A program made the position numbers and the translations under genes. Below the pieces are notes generated by a model. The model was not told the origin of the DNA. It saw only the letters and a list, made by a program, of their open reading frames with translations, and did not search any database. Positions 42,805-57,056 of a DNA stretch of 64,000 nt are shown here, in pieces. How positions within the stretch are numbered: position 1 is the first letter of the stretch; every line of letters starts with the position of its first letter. Source of the stretch: Eledone cirrhosa (taxonomy: Eukaryota); contig OZ024747.1 in NCBI GenBank assembly GCA_964016885.1, forward strand, positions 40,176,001 to 40,240,000, given 5' to 3'.

Positions 42805-43410
42805 TCAAACACTCCTTCCAGCGAAGTCTGTCAGTAGCAAACATCTATAACTGATCCAGCTGGATCCCAAAGCGTGACCAGCTAAGCTCATGGATGTTAC
42901 CCAACTATCTTGCTCAGGGTCTACCTCTGGGTCTCTTGCCAGTTGGTTTAGCCTGTAAAATGTGTCCAGCGATTCTTTACTGAAACATTCTAACCACATG
43001 CTCATAATATCGGAATTGTGATCTCTCAATTCGGAGAAGTAGCGGCTCTACCAGGAGTGACTCTCTGGTTTCTGAGTTATGCACTTTGTCGAGTAACGTT
43101 ACTCCAAAGACCCTTCGGAGGAATCCCATTTCTACCACTTGTATTTGCAATTGTATTCTTTTGGTCATTACTGATCCTCGGTAAGAGTTGGCAGGAATAC
43201 CAGGAAGACAGCGAGCTTGGCTTTTACACCTACCGCCCCCCCCACCCCCCCTTCATCTGATTGCTGAGACTGGCGCATTACTGCATCAGATTTTGCAATT
43301 CTTGCACTTAATTCAGCCTCCTGCATTCCATCACTCGTGAACACGGCTCCAATATACTTGAACTTCTCTGTCTGCTTCAGTAGAACTCCATTCACATGTA
43401 TATAAATTTG
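42805..43410 (-). mobile_element. Degraded RTE-clade LINE RT C-terminal fragment
   Basis: LKQTEKFKYIG.VFTSDG...ELSARIAK, EMGFLRRVFGVTLLDKV and EPLLLRIERSQ, spread across frameshifts. Confidence 0.88.
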
Positions 43411-43585
43411 AAGGACTTTTGTCCACCCGTCCATCACGCAATGTGTATGTGTGCGTAAAAGGAAGGAAAGGGATACACACATATATATGTCTAACTTAAA
43501 AGCAGTGATACACACATGTCTTTAATTTAAGAACGCCGACAAACTCACGTGCGCGCACATACACACACTGTCCTATTACCACTTA

Positions 43586-44004
43586 AGAGCTTTGGCCCGG
43601 GCAAACATCCCCTCAATTTGGGAACCATCTGGGTTGTCCTGAATTGATGGGGAAAGGCTTGATGGTCTTACTTTGTGCTCCTGTTCAAGAGGCGGGTGCC
43701 TTACCTGGGACGTCACAGTTAGTAACTATTTTGCTTCTTCCACATTCTGGATGCAGCGGTAAGGGCGAGAGGTACATCATCCGCAGCTTAACGGAACAAA
43801 GTCCTAAAATACCGTGTTCTGTCAGCTAACTACATTATCCAGCCTGTGGCGTTCGAGACGTTTGGGGGAGTCGAGCTACTGGCGGCTCGCCAGACAGAGG
43901 TAACTGGTGATGCTTGTGGGGGCACCTGGTTGTTCCAGCACCTCAGCGTTGCCATCACCTCAGGTAATGCTGCGAGCGTGCTGGCCTGCCTCAAAAATTA
44001 TTAG
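43586..44004 (+). mobile_element. CRE-clade non-LTR retrotransposon 3' fragment (restriction-like endonuclease)
   Basis: Manual translation: RALARANIPSIWEPSGLS*IDGERLDGLTL...CLTWDVTV, then after a frameshift KYRVLSANYIIQPVAFETFGG...VTGD...WLFQHLSVAITSGNAASVL. This matches the CRE pattern EP.GL...DGKRPDG...WD.T...P.A.ET.G...FQRLS.A...GNA. Confidence 0.82.
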
Positions 44005-44177
44005 AGGTTTCCCAGTGCTCCTCGTTATATTGCTATCTTTTGCTTTGATAGCAACTATTTTTTCCACTCTTTCGTCTGCACTTTGTTCTATCTGGTCTAA
44101 GATGTGTGTATTACGTGCTTGTGTAATTTTTCTCTTTCTTTTTTTCCTTTTCCTTTCCTTTGTATATAGTATATTGA

Positions 44178-44556
44178 ATTGGCAGTATCAGTAGACGGTC
44201 GGACGCCATGCTTTCCAGCATAGTTACGTCCCTTTACGGTCTGAGTTCAAATCCCGTCGAGATTAACTTTGCCTTTCCTCCTTACGGGGTCGATAAAATA
44301 AAGTACCAGTAATGCACTGGGATAATTGCTGGCCTTGTGCCAAAAGTAGAAACAATTATTAAAAGGGTGGTGGATTGGCAGAATCGGTAGAGGGTCGGAT
44401 GCCATGCTTTGCAGCATAGAGTTACGGCCCTTTACGATCTGAGTTCAAATCCCACTGAGGTTAACTTTGCCTTTCATCCTTACGGGGTCGATAAAATAAA
44501 GTACCAGTAATACACTGGGATAATTGCTGACCTTGTGCCAAAAGTAGAAACAATTA
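44178..44556 (+). mobile_element. Two head-to-tail SINE family 1 copies
   Basis: About 44178-44360 and 44370-44556, near-identical to 1037-1221. Confidence 0.9.
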
Positions 44557-45449
44557 TATTTGTTAGTGTTTTCGTTCTGTAACCATTATATTAAATGAGT
44601 TTTAAAAAAAAGAGTTAATAAATAAATAAAGAGTTAATGAATAAATAAAACGTTATACTTGTATTAACCTCCCATTTCAACTTCACCGAACGCTATCATG
44701 ACTGTATGTGTAAATGTATGTATGTTTGGGTGAAAGTATGTGTGAATGTATGTGTATTTATCTGAATGTATGTCCGTGAGCGTCTATTTTTATAAGTTTG
44801 TGTTTGCGCGATTATAGTTATATACTCATACATATAGATGTATGTATGTGCACACTCATACGCGTCAGCGTGTAGAAAATCATAATCTTTCTATCTCTCT
44901 CATCACACACTCTCTCTTTCTATATATATATATGGTAGTTGAAGTGGTTGTGGTGGCGACGATGTACAGGAAGTGTAGAAATGTGAATGAAACTTTGAAA
45001 AGAAGTCACTTTTAAATTATTAATGTTTACGAAATTTAGTTACGAAATGTAGTACATAAATTATGTAATATTCAAAGTAATCCAACTTATCTTACTAACT
45101 GGATTAAAAGAAATAAACCGTACGCAGTCCCTTACTTTATTATAGTTTAGATTTCTAATAAGTTGTTGCGTCGTTTTGGAGGACTGAGTTGTGGGAGGGA
45201 GGAAGGGTAGTAGTGGGAGGGAGGGTTTAACATACAGTAGCAGTATCTCCTCTTCCCTCTCTCTCTCACTGAAACGTCTTCTCTTTCCTCCTCCATTGTA
45301 AAGATGTCCCCAGTGGTTCCATTATTGATTTTTATTGAAATGCAATAACCAGTCCTGTTTCTGAATATTAGCTTAACATGTGTGTAAGGTTTCATCAGGA
45401 TCGGATCACTGGTGAAGGCGCCAACTGGTTATACACAGACAGAAATTGC

Positions 45450-45835
45450 CATTTATATAGTAGATTCAAAATAACATTCTTCAGAGCATCTGTTGAGACA
45501 GTGTGGTTATATGGATCAGGTACATGGACCCAGTCGCAAGCAATCGTGAACAAACTAGATGGTGCATACACTAAAATGCTTAGGGTTGTATAACCTGGCA
45601 TCAATGTATTACAAAAGAAAGTTTGTACAGAAACCTACCCGCGATAATTACTACAATTGTTCAAAGACGGTTACGGTTTGCAAGATATGCAGCTACTATT
45701 GTGGGAACCAACTCAAGACCTGCTTGAACCTTCATCGATCAACTCTCAATAGGGAGCAGTTTCAAGGAGCAATGGAAAATCGTGAATTGCAGAAAGACCT
45801 TGTCAAGCATGTTCCACTGTGGCTGCAATGATGAT
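45450..45835 (+). mobile_element. Degraded RTE-like LINE 3' fragment
   Basis: KITFFRASVETVWLYGSGTWT...KLDGAYTKMLR and AMENRE, ending in a short atgatgat tail. Confidence 0.75.
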
Positions 45836-46090
45836 TAAAACCATTCTGCTTCAACCTTGGGCTACACCATATCGTACCAAATATCGTTTACGAATAATGA
45901 TATTTTGGGCTAATCAGTCAAATTCATAGACATAATTTGGTACGATATGGTGTAGCCCAAGGTTGAAGCAGAATGGTTTTAATCATCATTGCAGTCACAG
46001 TGGAACATTCTTGACAAGGTCTTTCTGCAATTCACGATTTTCTATTGCTCCTTGAAACTGCTCCCTATTGAGAGTTGATCGATGAAGGTT
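45727..46090. repeat. Inverted duplication, 156-bp arms, 52-bp spacer
   Basis: 45727-45882 versus 45935-46090, with three mismatches seen. Confidence 0.92.
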
Positions 46091-46948
46091 GTAGAGATAT
46101 ATTTGACTGCTATCTTTAACAGATAAAACAAACTCGTATAGGCTGTCTGACATAATAAGGTTACTTGAAATTTGTTGGCGACAATTATTGACGCGGCAGA
46201 AGTCTGAACCTTCCTCAAATATATGTCTCACAAAGTCACATGAAAGTCACATCTTATACTCATGGATAGCCGAAGTCTGAACAAGCTAAGAAAAATAAAC
46301 ATCCGAGGTTAACTTTGCCTTTCATCCTTACCAGGTCGATAAAATAAAGTACCAGTAATGCACTGGGTAATTGCTGGCCTTGTGCCAAAAGTAGAAACAA
46401 TTAATTCAAAACTATGCACATTTATAACAAGGTGGACGTGCGACAAATATATGTTAAATTCTTAGCTTTTCAAATTAAGAGGACGATGTAAGATACGAGA
46501 GTAATAAAGTTTTATTTAGTGTGAATCCTTGAAATAAGAGCTCATAAAACCAATTTAACAATACGTGTTTCTTCAGCTACGCACAGCACATTGCTGTAAA
46601 ATTCAAATAAGCCACAAACTATCAAAGCAGATTTCTTTTTTCAGTAGCAAAATGACGAAATTTGTACGGATTAATAGCATTTACAGTTTGTCAGCTGAGT
46701 ATTTGGGAGAAATTAATAACAAAGGAATTCATTCACCATCAGTTGCAGTTTACATGAAATTTCACGGAACAAAATGCAGTGCATTTATTTATTTTTATTT
46801 TTTATTCTATTGCTTTATATTTACTGAAGGAATTAATTGTATAAATCACTTTTTGATTGGGGACAAATCATCTGATGTAGTTTGTGAAAATATTATATGT
46901 GTGTGTGTGTCTGCATATGTGAGAGAGAGAGGAAGAGAGAGAGAGAGA

Positions 46949-47032
<84 letters not shown>

Positions 47033-47156
47033 ACAATAAGCGACGTGTTGGCTAATTTCTGTTACAGAAATTTTTTCTGAAGTGTTGTATCATTTCGTGA
47101 AATAGGTATTGAGTAATGTAAGCAATAGTAAGAATTGTTTTGCTATTGCACCAAAC

Positions 47157-47514
47157 GAAGCTTCAAGCCTTTGTGGCGTAAATATCTCTCTATGCGGTAA
47201 TGAAATTAGATAATCCAAACTTGTTTCTCATAAAATACATTTTCCACTCTGTTAGCGGATAAACAGTCTTTCTCTTACGATTCTCTGATAAAGCTATTTC
47301 GATTTTGCTATGTACGTATGGACCCGTAACACTTTAGGGGGCTTTTGAGCGCCGTATTGAGCAGATCCCCAATGTTTGAATGCAATTCTTCGGCAACATG
47401 GAAGTGTGCTAAATGGAGAAAAGGTAAAATATATTTTAAAAGAATTAAGTTTGAATTATTTAATTTCATTACCGTTTAGAGAGAGTTATTAACGCCACAA
47501 AGATTTGAAGCTTC
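47157..47514. mobile_element. Old MITE/fold-back element with about 90-bp imperfect TIRs
   Basis: gaagcttcaagcctttgtggcgtaaatatctctctatgcggtaatgaaatta... matches the reverse complement of ...taatttcattaccgtttagagagagttattaacgccacaaagatttgaagcttc. Confidence 0.75.
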
Positions 47515-48537
47515 ACCTTGGGTATTTTAAACCTAGTGTAGCCATCCCCTCTTAAAATATGAATACAGTCGATTTCTTCCAGAGAAGGAGAGCCTGACAG
47601 AGACGAACTGAGGAAGAGATATAGGGTAAGAATCAAGATTTGAACTCAGACCGCAATGAACTGAAACAAATGCCGCTTATTTATTTTGTTCACACAAATA
47701 ATAATTGTTGGAAACACCAACTGTATCTCAACATCAGATTTGAAATTTTGATTATTTTTAATATTACTGAATTCATATAAATGTATTTTGGAAATAATTT
47801 AAATATATAGAATAAAACATCAAATAATTGTAGCCAGTATTTTAACGAAAGAATAAATGGTGGGGATTCTTTCTTAAATAAACTTATTTATCTTAAACAT
47901 ATTTTTCTATATATAGGTGAAGGCGTGTGGCTTAGTGGCTAGGGCTTTCAACCCAATGTCAGAAGGTCGTGAGTTCGAATCCAAGCGGCGTGTTGTGTCT
48001 TTGAGTACGGCATTTTTCTCCACGTTACTCCAATCCACTCAGTTGGAAAAGAATTGTTCTAATTTAAACCAAAAAGCCAGTCATGTCACAATCTATTACA
48101 AGTCGAATTTCACTGAGAAATACGTTGAGGATACACGTGTCTGTGCAATCTACGTAAGTTTCACGAGCAAGCTGCTTTTTTGATCGATCAACTGGAACAC
48201 TCCTCGTTGGAACCGACGCAGGTCCAGCACACATTCTCAATATAAAACATAAGCCTTTGTAGCCAGCCTGTCAGAGAACACAGGTCTTTAAAGCTCACTA
48301 ATTTTCCTATAATTTTGGGGCTATTTATTACTTTGAAACTTACTTCATTTGCTTCAATAGAAATTCAAATCAGTTTCTAGATTATTGCTCTTTATGTGAG
48401 TCTTCATACCAACGAATGATTTTGCTTGTCTGCGGTTTTCTTTCACAATGCTGTTGTTGTCGTTGATGTTTCCCTTTTTTTCTCCAAGAATTTAATCAAA
48501 AACAAATATAAAGATCTCTTAGTCTCTCTCTTTTTAT

Positions 48538-48609
<72 letters not shown>

Positions 48610-49171
48610 ATATATATATATATATATATAGAGAGATAGAGAGAGACAGAGAGAGAGAGAGGGGTGGAAAGGAGGAGAGAACAAGAGAGTGAAAGATATA
48701 TGTATATATCATGATGATGATCTTTCACTTTCTTCTTCTCCCCCCCCCCCCCTCTCTCTCTCTCTAGCGACTATAGTTCCGTTTAAATGCCTAGACTTTA
48801 TGTATCTTATTAACTGTAAAGACTTGAATAAATAATGATTAGCAAGTATTACCTTACTGACTGTCCACTCAATAGATTTCTCTTTTTTTTTTATTTACTA
48901 TTTCTTATTGTATTTATCTTAAACTTTATTGTTTGTATTTGTTGCTTCTATTTCTACTATTGATGCTATTTATGCCATACTCAGAAAGCAACACTAACAC
49001 AAGAAAGACACAAAGAAACAGGTGGAGTGGAGGGAGAACGACAGAGAAAGCAAAAAAATACAGAATAATGATAAAAGGTGAAAATGACAGTCATGGGAAT
49101 GTGGTAGATACATTTTTTAGGAATGAATGATCCAATCATTCAAACATTAAAACCAAAACATATAAGTTTAG

Positions 49172-49280
<109 letters not shown>

Positions 49281-49338
49281 TATATATAAATATACATCGA
49301 TCGCTAATACTGGCAACATGACCGTCCGCAAATATAAC

Positions 49339-49387
<49 letters not shown>

Positions 49388-49703
49388 TAGGTATGTATGT
49401 GTGTGTGTATGTATGTAATGTGTGTGTGAGAGAGAGAGATGGATGGATGTGCACCGGAGGCATAAAGAGAAAAGAAATGAAAGCTGGCTCAACAATAAGA
49501 ATTAACTGGAATATATTCCAAATTGTGAACATTAACATTAGAAAGCAGCTATTTAAACATTTTAACACTCTGAACTTAACATGATTTTCGGCCTAAGTGT
49601 CACCATCTACAATCAATAAATAAAATTATGTATTTCCTGCTAATTGAATGTGGAAAGAATTTATCCGTATCCAAAACTGGACACCTTTGACGTCGGTTGG
49701 TTT

Positions 49704-49789
49704 ACTTACTGAATTATAATTCAGTAAGTTTTATTACTATTAAACCAAAGCTTAAATAATTATTTAAGCTTTGGTTTAATAGTAATAAA
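49704..49789. repeat. Two abutting perfect palindromes (26 bp and 60 bp)
   Basis: 49704-49729 acttactgaatta|taattcagtaagt and 49730-49789 centred at 49759/49760. Confidence 0.92.
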
Positions 49790-51042
49790 TGTTTATCAAA
49801 GCTCTTTCCTCACATATTTTGTGACCTTCTCAATGACTATTCCTGCTCTTGTCTCTTCTTCGTCTTGATTTTTTCTTTATTTAATTATTTCATCTTATCT
49901 TCCTGTAGACTGTATATGGTATGAGGAAGAAATTAATACGTCTCTAGCATGAATATTTGAAGAGAAAAATTAGACAAAGACACACAAGCATGCATACACA
50001 CACAAAGCAAACACACACGCACACACACACAGACACACCCGCGTGCGCGTGTCCACACCACATATTTTAAAGACTCTGTTGCCGACAAATGGACTGTTAA
50101 ATCCTCAGCTCTCTGTTTAAGATGCCCAACCATACAATACTCCAAAACTACATAAAGTCGTTTATTTTGTACAAAACAGAGTAGTTATATCAAAGCCAGC
50201 ATGCAGGCCATGCGAGCACGTGAGTCATCGCACTTAAGACACACAAACGTAGAATTGTTCATTGTCCCTTGATAGGGAATCCGAAACGAATGCAGCAAAG
50301 CATTCTATCCGACGTTTTAACTAATCAGCCGATTCGTCACCTATATTTAGTAGAGAAGTTGCTGTTGATATTCCTTAAAGCTCGAGTGATGAAGCAAAAA
50401 TTAAGTCGGAATATGAGCATGGTGTGTTGAATATTTATTTCTGCTAATGAAATTCCTCGATTTCGATAAGTAGAGAGCGATTTGTTACAATCTAAAGAAC
50501 ATACTGGAATGTCTCGGTTGAAGAACCAAATTTACAGAATGCGTATAAGTATGGCAAATGGGGAAACACTTTAATCAACCGAGACTATCCTCTCAATATC
50601 AAGGCCGAAACTCCTACTAATGATGTCCACGTGATGAGAATCGGCCAAGGGAAAATACTCCTATAACATTGTTTGATCAAAGTCTTTTGGAAGGATTTAA
50701 GCCAATGCAGTTGTAGTGGACCTTGTCTATAAGGCAGCTTGGTGAAAGCAACGGGCTAGTTTCGATCTTATTATACGCGATCCTCATATCATTGTTGGAT
50801 ATATAGGTATATACAACCGACGGGGAATGTTTAATCCTGCTTACACCAGAGTTTATGGATTGACGCGGTGCAAACGCAACACTCATAATGAAATAAACAC
50901 TTAAATAAGGAAACTGATGTGCAAATCGATGCTGGAGTCGGGTTCAGAGATTCCATAGGTGGCCCTGAGCCAACCACCTGTCAAACGCGCGTAACAGATT
51001 GATACTCAATAAAAACATAAAAATATGTAAACAAAACCTTAT

Positions 51043-51079
<37 letters not shown>

Positions 51080-51685
51080 TGTATACAGATATTTATTAAA
51101 TGTATACAGATATTTATTAGAATGCTGTTAAAGTATGTATACATTTTTGTGACACCCTGTATATGTGTGTATATATTTGTGACACCCTATATATGTGTGT
51201 ATATATATCGAAGGCATTTACATTCAAGCTGTTATTAACATTATAGCTACCATTTGAAAAGGAGGTGGCGCATGAGAAGGAAAGTGCTACTCTCCAGTAA
51301 ATTTTTCTGGAAGTCCCATGAGAGCAGCGAGACTGTCTTCAGTATCTAATTGCCAAGTTGAGAGACAACACTTAATTTAGTGTTGAATATCATTTAGGGG
51401 TTTGTGGTGTACCTTATTTTTTCCTCAGATGACACAACTTCTGTTGCCGTCTTTAATGTTGCCTTGTGTGACTAACGAAGAAATCCCTATTCTTATTATT
51501 ATCATATTCATCATCATCTTCATCAAAATGTAGTGGATAGACATAATCGTTAGAGCGTCGGACTAAATGCTTCACAGTATTCTAAATTCAAATCCCACTG
51601 AGGTCAACTTTAGAAATCCTTATCATCATCAACATCGTCATCGTCGTCCACCTTGTCTTCCTCCTACTCGTCGTTTATGTCATTG

Positions 51686-52171
51686 GTGGATTGGCAGTAT
51701 CGGTAGAGGCTCGGACGCCATGCTTTGATTCATAGAGTTACGTCCCTTTACGGTCTGAGTTCAAATCCCACCGAGGTTAACTTTGCCTTTCATCCTTACG
51801 AGGTCGATAAAATAGAGTACCAGTAATGCACTGGGTAATTTGCTGGCCTTGTGCCAAAAGTAGAAACAACTATTTTAATAACCTGTCATTTTCGTTTACA
51901 ATTTTATTTACATCATTCTTAAACTCCAGGGCTACGTGTGTGTGTATGTGTGGGTGTGTGTGTGTGTGTCCGTATGTATATGTATGTGTATGTTCGTCGG
52001 CGCATACGTATGTACTGGCCTAAATCTTCACTATTTACTTTTACTATGTTAAGGCAAAGTTAAAATCCCGTCGAGGTTAACTTTGCCTTTCATCCTTACG
52101 AGGTCGATAAAATAAAGTACCAGTAATGTACTTGCTATTTGCTGGCCTTGTGCCAAATGTAGAAACAATTA
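51686..52171 (+). mobile_element. SINE family 1 copies (51686-51874 full, 52063-52171 truncated)
   Basis: Same core and tail as 1037-1221. Confidence 0.88.
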
Positions 52172-52351
52172 TTGATATTTTAATGCGAAAAATATATTTG
52201 TGTTGTTCATGGTAAAAGTCGCATCTCCTCGCTGTCTTTTATGCAAGATTCAATGAATGTTGAAAAAATAATTATATCAAAGTCCAAAAACTGAAAGACT
52301 GTGCTAAGTGTTGACTTTGGCAGCTGTTTGTCTTCAAGGATATTAGGCTAT

Positions 52352-52540
52352 ATGTGTGTGTGTTATTGCAAAGTTGTGTGCGTAAATTTACGCATATGTG
52401 TGTGTGTTACTGCAAAGTTGTGTGCGTAAATTTACGCATATATGTGTGTGTGTGTTACTGCAAAGTTGTGTGCGTAAATTTACGCATATATGTGTGTGTG
52501 TTACTGCAAAGTTGTGTGCTTAAATTTACGGATATGTGTG
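52352..52540. repeat. About 42-48 bp tandem repeat, 4 copies
   Basis: Unit gtgttactgcaaagttgtgtgcgtaaatttacgcatat(gt)n. Confidence 0.85.
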
Positions 52541-52995
52541 CATGTGTATATGTATATTTGTGCATATATGCGTATATATGTGTGCATATGTGTGTGTATA
52601 TGTGTATGTCCCTATATGTGTGCATGTGTGTGTATATGTGTGCGTATATGTGTGCATGTGTGCATATGTGTGCATGAGTGTATGTGTGCAAATGTTTGTA
52701 GATGTTTGTATATGGGCGTGCATATATGTACATATGTTTGTATATATGCGCATATATGTGTGTATATGTGTGCATATGTGTATGTATATGTGTGTATGTG
52801 TGTGTGTGTATGTGTGTGCATATATTTGTGTATGTGTGTGTATATGGGTGCATATGTGTGTATATGTGTGCATGAGGGTATATGTGATCGTATACGTGTA
52901 ATGTGAGTGTATATGTGTGCTTATGTGTCCATGGAGAGATGCTGTGCTGAATAGGACCCGTCCCACCCTTGCAAGCAGGGAAAAGCGGACGTTAA

Positions 52996-53028
<33 letters not shown>

Positions 53029-53040
53029 TTTGTAAATATG

Positions 53041-53084
<44 letters not shown>

Positions 53085-53610
53085 AAAAGTTATGAAAAGA
53101 AAGGAGCTGTGTGGTTACTAAAAACAAGGTTTAGGATGGTGGTTAGGACGGAACAGGAGGAGAAAGGAGTTTCCATCGTCAGCTGTAAATGTTTCCCGAA
53201 CCGATGTTTCGGCGCTGAATTACAGACATCGGTGTAGTTCGGATGCGCCCGAGGCCTTTTATTAATCAAAAGGCCAGGTGGAAAAGGAGATAGAAAGAGA
53301 GAATAAAAAGGAGAGAGAAAAGAGGGGGAAAGAAGGAAGAGCAGCGGGGGGGGGGGGGAAGAAGGGAAAAAATAGGAAAGGAATAGAAGAAAGAAAAGTG
53401 TACATGTCCCATCGTGGGAAGACACATATTTAGCTTGTTCGCTTTTTTGGCTATGGTGGCTATGGCTTCTTAACCATCGTCTCAGCGTGTATGACCATTT
53501 TAACTTATGTTTATAGCTCTGTTATCCTCTTCATATGCATGGAGCGCTTGTCTGCACATTATTGAAGTTGCGTTTCGCTAATTTCTACCCGCCGAAATGC
53601 GATTCTCGCT

Positions 53611-53674
<64 letters not shown>

Positions 53675-53904
53675 TATGTGTGTGTATATGTACATATGCG
53701 TATATGTGTATATGTGTAAGCAAAAGCGTTTGTTTGACTTGGTTGTTTTATATGCGACTGAACGTTTGCGTGTATATTGTATGTAGAGACAAATAATGTT
53801 GTGATGGTTACATTGGTTATAGCATCCGTGTAAAGATGTGTTGTGCTATATTTGCATAAATATTTGATTGAATGTTTGTGTCTGTATGCATGTGTGTGTA
53901 CATT

Positions 53905-53975
<71 letters not shown>

Positions 53976-54139
53976 TAAGTGTCTCCCAGGTTCATTTGGG
54001 GGTAACCACACTAAGTACTCAATACAAGATTTAATATACATACAGGACTAGAACTGTTTCATTCGAAGGAAGTCATCACGAAAGTTCTTTCCTAGTGATT
54101 TTCTTCTAGTCCTGTAGAAGCCATTTCTATATTAAATCG

Positions 54140-54188
<49 letters not shown>

Positions 54189-55555
54189 ATGTATATATGT
54201 ATATATGTTCGTATGTATGTGTTTTTGTATCTGTGTATTGTTGAATGTTTGGGGGAAGCTGACTCAGCCACCCAGGTTCGATCCTATATTGAGCCATTTA
54301 GTTTAACTTCTCGTTGTTGATATATTCAATAGATTAGTGACGAGAAGATTCTGCTAAATTCAGTTATGCCCTTGACACTGATACACAGATGAAGACAAAG
54401 ATTTCAGTGAGAAATATGCGAGATATTTTTATTTTTTAGTTTTGTCATTTGATTCAGGAACACATTTAAACTTAACTATCGCATGACTTTGACATGTTAT
54501 TGATAGTTCTACCACAGATAGCACTTGCTTGTGTGTCACTGAATATAAGTACCAACTTCGTGACTGGTTCCTCTGCCAAAATATTTAACTCTATGCTTAG
54601 CCGAGTTGTTCAGCAGTTTCACTTCACCCCTGCTTCAAGAATTTGGAGTAACCCCAGTTTTCTGCAAGTTGCAGCAGTCAGCTACAAAGACAGTCGTATA
54701 TGTGCAATAAAACTCGTAAAGGAGACCGCTTTGTTACGACGATTTACCGATTGCGCTGCCGTTGAATGTATTCGCTTTTTCAATTGGCCTTTCGCAGAGT
54801 GTTGAGTCTTCCACCAAGAGCTATAACAGAGAATTTACGTAGTTATCGAAATCCAGCACTCCTAGCCTGCTGCTCTTACCGATCAGTTCCGTAAAGTTCT
54901 ACCTAGAAACTGCTACGATTCGTCAAAAACCCGAACAGTTGCATAAAGTGCCACTGAAAAGCCATATGCAACCGCTTAAAATCGAGTATCCTTTCAAATT
55001 CGAAGAAATAAAAAATGACTTTGATATTATTTCGTACCTCAGGTCAGTCATTCGGGCCAATTGAGTGAATTTCCTTCCTGTGTTTGTTAGAGCACTAAAT
55101 TTAGCTCAGTCAACGAACTTTCATGTTTTGAGTTGTTGATCGCCATCTTCACCACTAGATCATTAGCGGCGATGCCTTTCTAGTGGTTGTGTTTCGTGAA
55201 GCTGTATAATTCGACAGAATTCTTACAGAGCTGTGTGCAATTTCATTGTTGTTGTCTGCTCGGTGGATTTCTATTGCTATTTCCGACCCTCTTTTTTCCT
55301 CAGTAAAACCTTAACAGTGATGGCGATGATGGGTGTGTTACCGACTAGGTTTGGAGAAGCCCTTCTTGCTAAAAAGAATGAGGAGGGTGGCTCTCAATGA
55401 TAACCTCCCCTTTTTGCTACTTGAACGTCCTCCTCTTTCATTTTTTGCCCGTTAACTAATCTCGACGCCATGTTTATATTTTAAATGTTTAGATAGTGTT
55501 AATGACAGTTGTAATGACTCCCCGCTGCCTAATTCTTTTCCTCGCTCCAAGTTTT

Positions 55556-55755
55556 NNNNNNNNNNNNNNNNNNNNNNNNNNNNNNNNNNNNNNNNNNNNN
55601 NNNNNNNNNNNNNNNNNNNNNNNNNNNNNNNNNNNNNNNNNNNNNNNNNNNNNNNNNNNNNNNNNNNNNNNNNNNNNNNNNNNNNNNNNNNNNNNNNNNN
55701 NNNNNNNNNNNNNNNNNNNNNNNNNNNNNNNNNNNNNNNNNNNNNNNNNNNNNNN
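55556..55755. other. Assembly gap (200 N)
   Basis: A run of exactly 200 N, typical of a fixed-size scaffolding gap. Confidence 0.99.
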
Positions 55756-55909
55756 GAGAAGTGCGAAAACGTTGACAACAAATCGGTCATATAATTAGGT
55801 GTGTTATAAATTAGATAAAACCCAGTCATTTTTTCCGAGGCGGGAAATATAACTAAAATAAACAGGAAAAGGATATGGTTACGAACTAATGGCAGGCAAC
55901 TGATCATCA

Positions 55910-55940
<31 letters not shown>

Positions 55941-57056
55941 CATCACTATCACGGCTGTAACAGTGAGTGGTGTTGTTTGCAACACTGACAAGGTCTATAT
56001 GAGTGTGATATTCACGATAGTTTTGTTATAACTGCTGTTTGGCCATAGTATTAGTGATGCTAATGTGTACTTCGCATCTATATTTCTTAAAACATGACAG
56101 ATCATCAACTACCAAGCCCAATCATAGTGGTGATGCTTTCCACAGGAAATTATATGATCAGATTGAAAATATATTCCTTTTCATCAAGTACAGCACTTGA
56201 TATATTTTTATTTTTTTTATTTTCAACCAGGAAGAGCCTTTTATATCATCACTGTTTTGAAATATTGCTAAATACTCTGCTCATTTCCATGCAACCTATT
56301 TTTAATCTCCCTCTCCCCGCTCTCTCTCTCTCCCTCTCTCTCTCTGTCAAACACACACACACACACATACATACACGTACAAACGCACGCACGTACACAC
56401 ACATACACACACACATATGTCAATGATATCAAGAGATACATTAAGCTATATATCTATTAAATAGTTTCCATGGCTTATCATTGCCATTGCTGTCCATTAC
56501 CATCAATAACATCAGCCTAGCAAACCATAACTGTGTGCCAGTATCATCAGCACTATTACAAGTGCTCAGTAGAGAAGAAGATGTGAACTAGAAGTTCAGG
56601 AGGGAGAGTGACAATGTATTGATGGAACATAGGAATATTATGATAGAGGTAATACCAGTGGTGACTGGTATTCTGCTCTCAGACTGAAGTTACAAACGAT
56701 GTTTCCTTTTCCATTTATTTGTTTTATTTATTTAGTTTTTGTCTTTGAGTTTCTTTTTCCTTTTTTTTTATGTTTTGTTTTGTTTTTTTAGCAAGTCAAA
56801 CAGTACACATAAATGAATAGATGTTAAAGAATAACTCTGGATTTTGCCTTCCCTATAATTAACAAAACAATAAATTTAGTGCCAATGGAATTGATTTGAT
56901 TTGGGGTGAAATCTTGTAGCATCAATCAATCTAAAATTAGACTTTCAAAGAACAGAAGGAGTTTATGGTATAAAGGAGACTGGTGGATATATTTCAGGTA
57001 CAACCAACTTTGATCATCACAATTATTATTATCATTATTATTATTATTATTAATGG

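Noticed and set aside
54480-55250. Complex, relatively GC-balanced stretch with a CRKLGLL peptide on the minus strand reminiscent of Helitron Rep
   Set aside because: There are too many stops and no second motif, so it cannot be assigned without BLASTX.
55452-55991. ORFs spanning the N run
   Set aside because: Artefacts of translating the assembly gap.
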